Assembly: GCA_051313645.2 (NCBI GenBank)
Contig: JBNRSN020000021.1
Coordinates: 66,464,001-66,528,000 of the forward strand
Length of the DNA: 64,000 nt
Direction: 5' to 3'
Source of the DNA: Centroscyllium fabricii
Lineage: Eukaryota
Both the position numbers and the translations under genes were made by a program. The notes below the pieces were generated by a model. That model saw nothing but the letters and a program-made list of their open reading frames with translations, was not told the origin of the DNA and did not search any database. Of the stretch, positions 50,625 through 64,000 are shown piece by piece. Each line of letters starts with the position of its first letter. The stretch's first letter is position 1.

Positions 50625-52319
50625 GATCTGTTTATAGAGAGGGTTAAACCTGATAAGCACCAAGATGGTTGGTTCTGAATTTAATTGAACTGATCAACGG
50701 GCGCTCCGAAAAAGGGTTAAAAGCTGAATTTCAGAGAAACGGCTTCGCGTCCTTTCGAGAACAGTCCACTATTCAGATCGGAAACCTTCTGCCTGCTTTA
50801 TAATGCAAAATATTTCGACCCCTCTGAATGCAGAACACGGCAAAGCTCATTATAAACTTCCCACCTGCGAATATTGTCACTTCGAGAATCATTGCACTAC
50901 TGACACAGCTCATTGTGTTTCCGGGAAAGAAGGTAACGTTGAACAAAATTCCCAGAATCATATGTGAACGCACAATCAATTCTTAGTAATGCCCGCCTGG
51001 CCGGACAGTACATGGTTGTTGTAACAGAAATATAAAGAGCGCCAACTGGCGAAACCCACCCGATTTGCTTCAGTTAAAACCGCGTTTTATTTATATAAAT
51101 GATATAAGGAGAAAGCTACATTGCCAGCAGAGGTTCTTGAATAAATCTCTTTTCAATGGTAGCGTTTCCCACGGACCTTCTAGTAAGCTGCATTTATGTC
51201 GAAAATAAATCAATGAACCTATAATTATGGAAGCGCTTTTTAATCTACTGGGCTGTTCTACTATTCTTCTCGCTGAAAATTAATAGAATATGCCATTGAA
51301 ATTAACTGGATAATTATTAGTTTCAGGGAATGTTGTAAGATTTCGTAATAGCAGGGTTAACAGAAACTGCAAAACATTTGTGTCTAATTTTACGGTCTGA
51401 AAAATACTAGACAATGGGGTTATTGTCAGTATTCCAGGTGAAAACAGACTGAGAAATATATAGGTGCTCATTACCCGCTCACTAACACGGGTTGTTTCCC
51501 TGGTAATGGTTGTAAGCGCCGTGAGCACAGTTTGGCTTGTAGGAATACAAATATATTGCCGAGCAGTTGTTTCTTCCATCTATAGAGCTGACACTGCAAA
51601 TGTTTGGAACACATTAAAACTTGTTTGGTTACCAGTCAACAGAGTTCTCAGGGGCAAACACGCGAGTTTATTTAAAGGCAAAGTGCATGATGTAATCATC
51701 TGATGTGGATTATAACATAGTATTGGTGCTCACTGAGCTTCATCAGCAGGGCCTCCACGAGTATGCGCTTTGAGAGCTCGGACAGTTCACTCTGATTAAA
51801 CAGTCTTAATAAATCCTCGGGACAGTATTGGAGTTCGAATAGAGCTCCAAAAGGCAGTCATGTTGGGGAAAGGCATGGAATTGTTCATTTTTCACATTTT
51901 ACTATAAATGGCGCTTGACCGATTGTCTGAACCGAATGACCACTTTATTTGGGACCATAGCGCGGCAAATGTCCCGTGTGATTCATTCCCATTGCACTAC
52001 TCCAGACCTACTAGTCCACCTCGTTCAATCTCATAAGCATCACTGCAGTAAATAGTATTTCCATATATAAGGCACTTTAATCCCACATTGTTCCAATGTC
52101 AAAAAATACTGCGATATCTACTAGCTAGACACATCTAACCGTATGCCGAACATTTTTAACAACACTATTTAATTGTAGGTGGACAGTGAGTATATATTTC
52201 ATTTGGTTACAGCGTGGATCACATGGTTACAGTATGTATATGGATCCCTAGCTGTGCAATTTAACCCTTGCTGCTATCAGTTTTCGGTCAGTATTTAAAA
52301 AAATAAATGGAACTGATCA

Positions 52320-52808
<489 letters not shown>

Positions 52809-53618
52809 TTACAATAACTCGGCCCCAACCTGATAAAAATGCGGTGTTGCAATTGCCAAAGAAAACAGTTAATTATTATGGACACAGTGCGTTTATCAGT
52901 GATCTAACGTCATCATAATACCAGGCTGGCTCAGGAGCAAGACCGGCAATACTAATGAGCGATCATTTTTTGACAGTGGCCAAGTGTCAATATTATTATC
53001 AAGATTGGGCTGTTTATGAATTGCTCTTGCATTTGATTTAAGACACGCGGATTACTGTCAGGAAGAAAACACGACACGGTCATAAAAAGCTACCTAGTTA
53101 ATGAGAGTTTATAAACGGTAATGTTCAGTTGTACACTGACGGTTCAGAGCACACAGCGCGGCTACATGTCACTCATCGGCTCTGACGAACTCGCTGATCA
53201 ACAAGGAACCATTCGCAAAACAGCCCCAAAACGGCAGTCATGTGTTCAACACATAAACCTGGTTCATTCTGTCACTCTGTCAACGAACTGGGTTAAACAT
53301 TAACGTTTAACATTTAACAGAACAAAATGTGATTTTATGATGACAGCTTTCATCCCTCGATCACGTATTTATCTCGCTTTATCATGCAATGAACAGAAGG
53401 AGGGTTGGCAAAAAAAATAGCTGCACGGAGATCTGCCGTTTACTTTTAGATTTAACTGGTTATCATTCCTTTCATTTCCACACTCATAAATCTTGGAGCC
53501 TGGCTTTATTCCGGAGGGTTGATATCAGAGACGGTCGGAAGGTCATTTTCTGCCCCCCCTCCACCCCCACCCCCGAGCAGTATTTCTACCAACCGAGGGA
53601 ATTCGGTGCATCCATTAC

Positions 53619-53766
53619 CTGCGGTTTCCGTGTCCGAAGACTCGCTCGCCGTGTTTTCTAATCGTTCTCTGCTTTCACCCGACCGCCGCAGCAAAGGGAA
53701 ACTGGAAGCAGCCATGTCACAAGCAGCCGGGGATCTGCCGCTTTCAGCTCGTCGCTCCACATTCAT
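53619..53766 (-). CDS. pitx1: Pitx1 coding exon 1
   Basis: MNVERR...RERLENTASESSDTETA resembles Pitx1 (MSLERL...REPLENSASESSDTE); donor GCAG|gtaatg, phase 1. Confidence 0.9.
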
Positions 53767-56700
53767 CGCACCTTGAAAAACAGTTCACCGGTCTTTTACT
53801 ATTTCATCGATTTTTCGTTTAACTTATATCCACAGGAGAAGATCCGAATGTTCAGAGACAATAAATATATATTGGGGTTTCCTTCAATGAAACATGATGC
53901 CCTTTTTCTAACAGTCAGGCTGAATGCTTCAGCCGAACATTTGAAGCCCGTGTGGATTGTGTTGGGGAGGCAGGCGCTGGATTTGTGCACTGTGCTGAGG
54001 GCAGGAATGATCCGCCTGGATAAGGTGGCGGAGCTGATATAGAACTCCTCCCACTGCCAGAAGATTCCTCCTAGTTTTTGCTGAAGAGTCACCACCCACA
54101 AAACATCAGAACGCGACTGAGCTAATCTGGGGAAACAAGCTCCCAGCGTCCGCCAAATCACAAGACACAATTCACCTCACCAGGGCCGTTAAACAAGCCC
54201 AATTGTAAAGTGGCGATTAAGAATTTTCTTTCCAAATTCAATAAAGCGACAGGTCGACAATAATTACAATTTAACATTAGAGATTATACAGTAAAGACCC
54301 AGAGAATCAAGATTTCAGAATTCCTAAAACCTTGTATTTCTTCAGTCAATTAATTATGTACCACACTCATAATTAATGTACTATGAATGATAATTTGATG
54401 AATTGCAATATTCCCAGAAGTAAAATCGAGGATTCCGGCAGCCTACCATTCATTATTCTGGTTGTAAAACAGTTTGAATTAATAAAATAATTCAAAAATA
54501 GGCTTTTATATGAATTGAATAGCGTTTAGTGCACTTTATCACTCGCCATGACATTATCTGATCTCCTTCTCGTTTCCCTTCAGAAATCGTGACACTCTTC
54601 AAAATCCCCTAAATGTGGATGAAGCACTGAATTCGCTGGCCTTTCATATCAATACCCAGTTACAGCCAGTCTGATCCGTTCTTAAGATTTGTGGCTCAAT
54701 ATAACCACATAGAAATAAAAACAATCTTAATTATTTCCAGTAATGAAGTTCGTTTGGTTTCCCCTACAAGGACAACAATGCGTTCAAACAGATGTGTTTT
54801 TAAAAAAATGATGTAAAATGAGCAGGATGACTAAAAAATAAATCAAACTTCTGCTGGGTTGAGTTTGAGGCTGGGGGCTCCATTCATCATAACATCTGCC
54901 GCAGACGGGGTTTGGGAGGGTGGGGGATGGGGGGCTGGTGGCGTTGGAGGCTGGCTCATATTCGAGTTACCGGGACAGAGGAATTAGCCAGAAAGTAGTC
55001 CTAGCTCTGCAGCTGAATATACTTATGACTTCACACGTGTGAAAATATGATTTATATTCCCACAGTTTTGGGGCCACATGTGTGATACAGGTATATGGAG
55101 AAAGTAGACAGCGTAAAATATGCATTACCATAATTATCCGCTGCCTAGATTTAACATATTCAAAATGTTCCCGTTGTACGTTGTTTCTTAGAAGGGGCCA
55201 AATTATTGGCTGTTTTAGGTTAAAGAAGTGGCTTAACAACGGAGTATAGTACCAGACCCTGCATGATAATTACAAATAGTGACATGGGTACAAGATTTTC
55301 AACCAGTAATGAGTGATTTGTCACAGCTTTAAATTCAATTAATTTATCTTGTGCAGTTATAATTAGCTTGATCTGCTCTGTTTTTAATTTTCATTTATGC
55401 ATATGTAAATATATATATATATATGTACGAGAGACAGGAAAGTGGGGGACAAGGAGGGACAGTGTCAGAAAGTGGAATCATACAATAAATAACTGATGTC
55501 TGGAATTTTTTTTTACAATGGGTTCATATAGCATCATAAATCGTGAGAACAAAGCTTGATAGCGGATTGTAAAGTCATTTGATCCTAGCATTGTGTTGCA
55601 GCCAAAATGCTTACATTTTTATACAGTTGTGTAAAGTAGTAAATAGATTCGCAATCGTTGGGAATGTTTAAAAAGTCGCGTTGTCTTTTCTTTGCAGTTG
55701 TGCAGTATGAGTTTTCTGCAGCAGCTTTTAAACTGTTCGGAAACACACACGTGTTCTTTCATTTCATTCGTGGCATCCATATAAGCCATATTGTGGAGCA
55801 ATTGTTCTTGCAGTGCAATACTGGATCTTTCAGAGCTCTGCATCATCACAATACAGTAACACTCGACTGACTGGCTAATCACCGACCCACCCAGTGCAAA
55901 TAATCCACGGAACTCTTCCAACACAATTTCAGATTTTATATAAGTAACAATGTGATTTAGTTAGTTATGTCCTAACTAGTTATGTTCAGTCTTTCCAGAG
56001 AATATTTGGAGTTGAGGTTCTGCTTGAGGTATGATTGACTCATGTAAGCATTATAGCTTCCCCGGGATAGCTCGACGTTATTTTCTTTTCTTAATGTGGC
56101 TTCCTGGCTGCAATTGTGTTTGTAGAAAACGTGTCCAATATTGTCGCCATTACTTAGAGCATTACACGGCGTGGGATTTAGGAATACTGAGGAGGAGCTG
56201 GGATGGTGTTGGATATTTGGGATCTTAGCTTGAATTCTTTGGGTGTTTCCTTGGCTGCATATAATTTATTTAAAGAGTGGGAAGATTTAGCTGCATCATA
56301 AACACAACCCTGGACACTAATTCTAGTGCTGTGGTTAATCACATCCATGTAAAGTATTTCATTTGTTAAGATTTTAAATGGTTTTGCCCCAATGCAAACC
56401 CCGACTGAATAATTCAAATGCTGTTTTCATGACATGAAATTCAGGGATTGTCACCGTTTTTTGGGGGGGATCAAATTCTATCTATTTATTTATCTATGTC
56501 GGAATAAGCCATAGTTTGTTTTTATTACATGGGATTACAGGATTTTATGGGACATTACTGATTTTTAGGGGGACCTTATCATGTGACATTCATTTTTCAC
56601 GGAAACTACAAATCGGTGACCTTAATATCAAAGTAATACTAATGATCCTCTCTTCGCGAGAAATGTCTGCTGACCCTTTTGTTGCAGTAGCTGAAAAAAA

Positions 56701-57019
56701 TGCTTCATTTTCTTCACGGTGATAACACGAGTGACTTGATATGTATTTTAACACAATTTTGTTCTTTTACACAATATTGGAAGGGTTGTCAAAACACATT
56801 TTCATTAAGATAGTGTCCATCTAACATAGAATATGAGATTAATGCCTGAAATCTTCAGATTCTGTGATTAGTAAGAAACACTGCAGTCCAGATACAGTGC
56901 AATGATCAGGAATTACAAAAATATATATATTAAAAATGCTAAAAATGTTTTAATGCAGGCTACAAAATTAAAACGAGAACAAATATCAATTTTGGAAATG
57001 AATGCCCCCCCTCGGATCT

Positions 57020-57430
57020 TAGAGTGTCAGCCTTGGCTCAGTGGTCGCCTAATCCAGACTGACACTTCAGTGCAGTACTGAGGGATTTTGGACTGTTGGA
57101 GAGGCCGTCTTTCAGATGAGATGTTGAACCGAGGCCCTGCATGTCCTCTCAGGTGGATGTTAAACATCGATGTTCCCTTTTGAAGAATTGTAAGAATTCC
57201 CTTTTGAAGAAGAGTAGGGGATTTCCCATGATGTCTTGGCCAACATTTATGCCTCAACCAATATCACTAAAAATGAGCCATTTATCTGATTACTGTTTGT
57301 GGGACATTTCTGTGAGCAAGTTAGCTGCTGTGTTTCTCTACATTACAACAGTGGCTTCATCAGCTGTGAAACACTTTGAGGTGACCTGAGGTCGTGAAAG
57401 GTTCTATGTAAATGCAAGTTCTTTCTTTCT
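57020..57430 (+). mobile_element. Deu-domain SINE (SacSINE1/AmnSINE-like)
   Basis: GCCGTCTTTCAGATGAGATGTTGAACCGAGGCCC...CTCTCAGGTGGATG core; tail AAATGCAAGTTCTTTCTTT. Confidence 0.85.
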
Positions 57431-57639
57431 TACTCTGCGATTAAAAATAATAATTTGATGCAGCAAGAGTGAAGAAGAATTGAAGGTTGTCAGCAACTGA
57501 TATCTGCAGCGTGAGACATTTTCAATTATAATCATGTAAGAAAAAAATCAATTTTTTTGGACCAAACGGAATATCAAAAGGAAATGGACGCGGCCCCAAT
57601 AAAAGATGAGATCGGCAAAAGAAAGTGGAGTTGGGTCAG

Positions 57640-57894
57640 TCATAGAAACATAGAAACATAGAAGATAGGAGCAGGGGTAGGCCATTCGGCCCTTCGAGCC
57701 TGCTCCGCCATTCAATGAGATCATGGCTGATCATCCAAACCCAGTACCCTGCCCCTGCCCTCTCCCCATATCCCTCGATCCCTATCGAGCCTGCACTGAC
57801 ACATATCCCACCCTATCCCCGTAACCCCACATATTCAATCCCCCTAACACTAAGGGTCAATTTATCCTGGCCAATCAACCTAACCCGCACATCT
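57640..57894 (-). mobile_element. 5'-truncated HE1-like V-SINE
   Basis: Tail and distal V domain only. Confidence 0.88.
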
Positions 57895-59980
57895 GCTGAG
57901 GATCAACAGAGAAAGCATTCCACTTGCAATCCTCAAATGGATTCTAATTGGCAGGAGGCGCATGGAGGGGAGCTTGACTTGGGAAGAATGGTTGTACCAG
58001 AGTGAAGTAAATTGGACTAGCAAATCTGATGGAAGGACTGTAACTCATTGACAACAGGAGGGAGCCCATCATTACCTTCTCGGGCTAAGCACGAGTACGA
58101 AATGTGGTCCTGCCAGCGTTTCTTACACCCTGAGAACAAATAACTAAAAATAAATAAATTGATCGCCCATTGTTACCGACTCCTCAATCGCAGGAGTCAG
58201 TCTTTTTTTTATTCACTCTATGAAAACCACCATCCACAACTTTCAAAACCTCCACCAGGAAGGAGCCTGTACACTGGCTAATTCTTCACCTTGCTCGTCC
58301 AAGGACACCACCATCATTCCAGCTGAGATCAGTTAGCTTTGCACAGACCAGGAACTGGCCTTGGAAACTTCTTGGTCTTCAAGGCTCGGCACCGCGCCAT
58401 TTAGGGCCTGAATCATCAGGTTGATGCTATCACATATTCATTTTCAATAGACATGATTTTAATGATTTTCTCCCCTACTGTTTTGACATACAAAACGTTG
58501 GGTGCCGTTATTTCAAAGTAAAATTCAATGCATGTACAAGTGTTTCAACAAACTAAATTAATAAACAAGCTCAGAAGCAAAGTTACGAGTCTAAAACGAT
58601 GCTGAGAAATAATGGTTGCATTCTCGCCATTGTGCTGGGTTTAATTTAATTCGTGGTTCTTACTTTTAGATATATTTTGGTATATGTCACAAAACGGCTT
58701 CAGACTCAGATGGGTTTTAATCTATAGATGTTGATCCCAGGTGCATGCCTGTGGCCACGTGGCTGTTCTCAAACCCTCACAATGCACATTTCACTCTCTC
58801 ACGCTCTGAGGAAACAGCAGCACTTTAAAAATTCAAACAGAAAGAGCTGAACATGGAAAACAGCACCGCAGTATATTGTGGAAAAGCCTGAAGAATTCAA
58901 ACTCGTTAAACAAAAGCGATGCAGATCCGGATTCGATAATTGCATTATTGAATATAGCTGGGTTGTAACTTTGAAAGGCACACTGTGTTTACAAACTAAA
59001 TGGTAAAAGGTAGGACAGAATTTGATAACACGTCCTCCTTATTTTAATGAAAATAAATTTTTAAAGATGTGATAGAATTACATTTTGAAATCTAAAATAA
59101 AGATCAATATTAAGGAGGTATTTATAGACAACGACCATTCGGAAAGCCTTACCTCAGTTATTTTCTGACATGGGCCACTCACATATGTCAAAGGAATTAA
59201 CTATTTTAAGCAAATGGTATTTGCATTAGTGCTTCAGATTTCTATGCTGTGTAATCCTAGCAGTTAACTGTAATAAATCAGACAATATTCCTTGTAAAGG
59301 ATTTACCACGGGGAGTGTACCTACATTGTCTTACATTTCAGAATGCTCAAAAAATATTTACTTAGCCAAAAATGTTCTGCATGAATTCGGATTATGCTGG
59401 GATCATATACTTATAAACTCGAGCTAATAATATCCTTGTACCACAGTCAGTTTAATCGGCCATTCGGATCAGATAGGAAGCCTTGGCAAACGTCAATTTT
59501 ACACAACGAAGGAGTCGAACATCGGCCGGTGTCTATACACATTACAGGAGATGGACGTTAAACACGAGTAACGGAGAATAATGCCTAGTTTAAAAAGATC
59601 AGGATTTAAACTTTACATTATTGGGAATTCATTGCAATGCAACGGATCTGAATCGGAAGTTTGGATTCCGTGTTTGATCAGGTAGTGTATCTGATCGACT
59701 ATATTCAGAAAACCCGACTCCCTGCTGGTAATGGACTGTGCATCTTCTCGCCTTTTCTTTTGCTGAACCTTATTTCTCGCTTTCTCTTCCTTCTGAGGTG
59801 TTTGGGAAGGTTTAGAGGTGAAATTGCCCTGAAACCTCTAATTTGGCTACTGAAATCTCTACCTATGTTCTTCCAAAAAAAAAAGTTTTATGCCTTTTGA
59901 ATTGCGGATCATTCTGAAGCGAGGGGCCAGCGCCGGCCGGCGCAGAGTGGTGGGGAATGGTGGGCTGCTAACTGTGGGGG

Positions 59981-60105
59981 AAATGCAAGAAGTCACACAA
60001 CACCAGATTTATAGTCCAACGGTTTTATTTACGTTGGACTATAAATCTGGTGTTGTGTGACTTCTTGCATTTGTCCACCCCAGTCCAACACCGGCACCTC
60101 CACAT
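59981..60105 (+). mobile_element. Short Penelope end with inverted duplication
   Basis: 11-bp TSD TGTGGGGGAAA; inverted arms 59981-60021 and 60033-60072. Confidence 0.82.
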
Positions 60106-61229
60106 TGTGGGGGAAAGGCCAGGGTGAAGAATGGCACAATCTTTAAAACAAAAAGAATGAAGTGGATAGATTATATGGACTGGCCACGGGGAAGCGATAT
60201 TCTCTCTCTTTTTTCCCCACAAAGGTTGTTTCATGAATCCTGTGATGCGGGTTGCACCATGCGAAGAGCAGCACACAAGGCGTTTCGCAAACCCGCAGGT
60301 TTACGACGATATTTGACCCTACGGCCTGGAAAAGCAGGGAGTCAAATTAGACTAAATCCTTAAATTGGGTCTCAAACGGCGAAATAAGTAAATGAGTAAA
60401 TTATGCAGTAATTTTCTTGTCAGAGTTGTGGAGAGATTGTTCTCCGGCTATTTTCTTGGATCTTCGGGCGATCCCGGTAAACAGGGAGTGCACTGGCCCC
60501 CATTCAGTGCACTTTAATTACAGCTCGTCTGTTCAGTTGTCGCTACAAGGCTAGCAGGCTGTGGCAGCGAGGGCACTGCCGCACGACTGTGGGGAAAGTT
60601 GATACACTGACACGATATAAAAATGGTCAGAGTATAATTTCTATTTAAAACATCCTGATGGGGCTCAGGTGTCCCCCCCCCCCCCTCCCACCCCACAACT
60701 GCTGCTGTGAATCCCTGTGTCGCACCCATGGTTTGTGCTGAATGAACAGAAGATGTATTTATCTCTCTGTGCTGCGACCTACAAGAAGTCAAAAACACAG
60801 AATCAAAATCTAAACATCTGCTGAATGTTTGTTTTACAATATATGTATGAGTTGGCCAGACAGAATCCTTTGATTTATGTATTTCTCTTGTCTCAGCGCG
60901 TCGTTCAACTAATAATATTGTAAAGTTATTAGTATCGGTAATGGTTCCAGCCTCAGCAGACGGTGGAAATAGAAAGTCTAGGTCAACTTTTGGCGCAGTT
61001 TCAATCATGTATCAAAATGGCATGGACTATATTCATCATTAATGTATAAAATATTAACACGCTGTGCTGATATTTGTTCGACAATATGGAACAATACATT
61101 CAAATGAGATTTAATGGAGTTTCAAAGAATAATTTCGCTTCCAGCAAAAATAATCTGCTTTATATGAACCACAGAATCAATTGATTCGCCCGTTTAACAC
61201 GGAGATCTGTCTGTCTGTATACAGCCCGT

Positions 61230-61478
61230 CTCTGCCGCGCCTTCAGCTGTCCAGGCCCGAAGCTCTGGAAATCGCTCCCCAGATTTCGCAACCTCTCTAC
61301 CTCTCTCCTCCTTTAAGGTGCTCCTTAAAACCTATCTCTTTAAAGGCCAAGATTTTGGTCATCTGCCCTAGTGTCTCCTGATGTGGCTCGGTGTCAAATT
61401 GTTTGACAACATTCCTGTGAAGGCCTTGGGACGTTTTAGCTCGTCGAAGGCTCGATATAAATACAACTTGTTGTTGCA
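61230..61478 (+). mobile_element. L2-like LINE 3' end
   Basis: RAFS...LW..LP and LLKTYLF-like remnants; tail GTGAAGGCCTTGGGACG...TATAAATACAACTTGTTGTTG. Confidence 0.65.
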
Positions 61479-62714
61479 GAATATTCGTTTTAAATACCTT
61501 AATTTTGGTGCAGCAAATACACGGTTTTATCCTTCACCCGAGGAATCTTACTCCGGTGGCTACCGCTATGTTTTCTTGGACTCGGGTCTGTAAACTCATG
61601 GGATGCAGAAGGGCCTTTCTGGTGGGTGCGAGAGGCGAGCGAGCAGCGGTTGTAATTTATCATCTCCTCACATGCCGGGGCCACTCGATCTGATCCGTAT
61701 GGGGAATCCATAATTACAGTAGAGGAGCTTGTAAGATCCAAGATCCTGTATTACTTAATACAAGGTTTCAAACATTTGGACTCGTCTTAATTTGTTTTCA
61801 TGTTAAATAATCTGGAAGTTTACAGTTGCCTTGGATGTATGAGCAGTAACAGGTTCCTGGAGATAAATTAAATGTTCAACTGTACCTCAAAAAGGGAAAG
61901 CGCTCCATAATTGACGAAGTGGCTGTAATTTGGACCATTTCTCGTCTGTGAAATTCTGTTTAACTTTTTTAAAACTTATTTTCCAATTTCAGATCATTTT
62001 TACCCGTTAGAAAGGAATGTTGTGTCTTGCGTTATCCAGTGGATAGTTCGAATGATCCCAGTGTTGCCGGGCTCTGCACACTTAACTAAATATTAACATC
62101 TCACTTGTTTTCTTCATGACAGCAAGAGTACGCAAGTGGGATTTAGTGATCAATGTTAACAATAATATCCTGGGGGGTTAGGACATTACTGTATAGCCAT
62201 TTTGTTGAAAGCTATATTGCAATAAATCAATCACAATGGGAAGCAGCTCAGCAGAACAACAGGTGGTCTAGGTGGTCCCAGAAATAGATTGTTTTAATTT
62301 TATGTAGCAATCATTTCGGAAAAAGTAACAGAATCTTTAGCGAAAAGGGTGTCCTTCAGTGTTCCTGATATTTTTACAGCACCCACAATACTTTCTATAC
62401 TGGCTCTCCCATTCTATGGGACACAGTCTGCAATCAGGCCGGTCTTTTGTAAATGTAGGATTGATTTGGGGGTTTCCAATAGAAATATAATTCCCCAGTC
62501 GGTAAAATTTGGCGCCAGCATTCCCTTAGCTCTATCTTCCCTTTTGTCAAATTTAGAAAAATTTCCCGCTGAATAATTTATCTTTTTTTAGACTCTTAAG
62601 ATTATAGCAACACAAGGAGTGTAGGGAAGTTGCGTTAAGATATGATTAGTCATTATTTTGACCGGCTATCTTATAGATGGCAAATGTTTGGATGATCTTA
62701 ACATTGTCATTTTA

Positions 62715-64000
62715 AAATGCAAGAAGCCACACAACACCAGGTTATAGTCCAACAGTTTTATTTTAAATCACAAGCTTTCGGAGCGTCTGCCCCTTCGTCA
62801 GGTGAAAGAGAAGTTGATTTAAAGAACGCACATATGGAAGGGAGAGAGAAATCTGATCTCCCACATCTCACCTTAGCAGAGTTAGACAGAGCACACAAAG
62901 GTGTATTAACATATTTTAACATATCAGTCTGAGAGCAATGAGGCACAGTCACAAGGGGTCAAATGCTGCAAAACACACAGAATGATTTAAAAAAAAGGAA
63001 TTTCCTTACAAGACAAAGATGTCTCTGGTCTGGATGACTCTACGTCAGGCAGGCTCACATGTAGCATGACATGAAGCCGATATCACGGTTGAGGCCATCC
63101 TCATGGGTGCGGAATTTGGCTATCAGCCTCTGCTTGACAATTTTGCGTTGCCGTGTGTCTCGAAGGCCGCCTTGGAGAATGCTTACCCGAAGATTGGAGG
63201 CTGAATGTCCTTCACTGCTGAAATGTTCCCTGACTGGGAGGGAACAATCCTGCCTGGCAATTGTTGTGCAGTGTCCGTTCGTCCGTTGTTGAAATGTCTG
63301 CAGGATGCGAGGGCATCCTGAAACCCATCGTACAGAGAACCCCCAGCTTTTGTCGCGACACTACAGACTTCTTACAAAAACTCAGCACCCACGGACCAGT
63401 CGAACCAGGAACACTCCTTGCCATGATGGACGTCTCGGCACTCTACACCAGTATCCCCCACGATGATGGCATTACTGCGACAGCTTCAGTACTCAACATC
63501 AACAACAGCCAATCTCCAGACATCATCCTACAACTCATCCGCTTCATCCTTGACCACAATGTTTTCACCTTCGACAACAATTTTTTTACCCAAACACGCG
63601 GAACAGCCATGGGGACCAAATTCACACCCCAATATGCCAACATCTTCATGCACAAGTTCGAGCAAGACTTCTTCGCTACACAGTAACTCCAACCAACGCT
63701 ATACACCAGATACATCGACGACATTTTCCTCCTGTGGACCCACGGTGAAGAATCACTGAAAAGACTACACGATAACATAAACAAGTTCCATCCCACCATC
63801 AAACTCACCATGGACTACTCCTCAGAATCGGTTTCATTCTTGGACACACGAATCTCCATCAAAAACGGACACCTCAGCACTTCCCTCTACCGCAAACCCA
63901 CGAACAACCTCAGGATGCTCCACTACTCCAGCTTCCACCCAAACCACGTTAAAGAAGCCATCCCCTATGGACAAGCCCTGCAAATACACAGGATCTGCTC
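62715..64000 (+). mobile_element. Penelope-like element: inverted 3' segment (62715-63290, GIY-YIG C-terminus, hammerhead 62768-62805) then RT, runs off window end
   Basis: RT motifs MDVSALYTSIPH, GTAMGTKFTPQYANIFM, YTRYIDD, FLD (one stop at 63684); minus strand LPVREHFS...THEDGLNRDIG. Confidence 0.9.

Noticed and set aside
60514-61008. 164-aa minus-strand ORF upstream of pitx1
   Set aside because: No recognisable motif, crosses a poly-G tract, no convincing splice structure

Overview
Vertebrate genomic DNA, most likely a shark (inferred from HE1/V-type SINEs with CR1 tails, Deu-domain SINEs, Penelope and Harbinger families). The single host gene is a three-exon paired-like K50 homeobox gene on the minus strand, best read as pitx1 (CDS 53766-53619, 52771-52566, 49985-49437; 300 aa). 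It sits in a CpG-rich, TE-poor block (~39-62 kb) with many candidate conserved enhancers. The first ~39 kb is a deeply nested transposon cluster. It contains a deleted ERV (5' LTR, tRNA-Ser PBS), an ORF1-less APE-RT LINE with a tRNA-like Pol III head, two decayed two-gene Harbingers, Harbinger and Tigger-like MITEs, CR1 fragments, a solo LTR with a 13-unit hairpin array, and a near-intact Rex1/Babar LINE. Penelope-like elements with inverted ends and minimal hammerhead ribozymes occur throughout. All family assignments come from motif recognition by eye, not database searches, and boundaries of decayed repeats are approximate.
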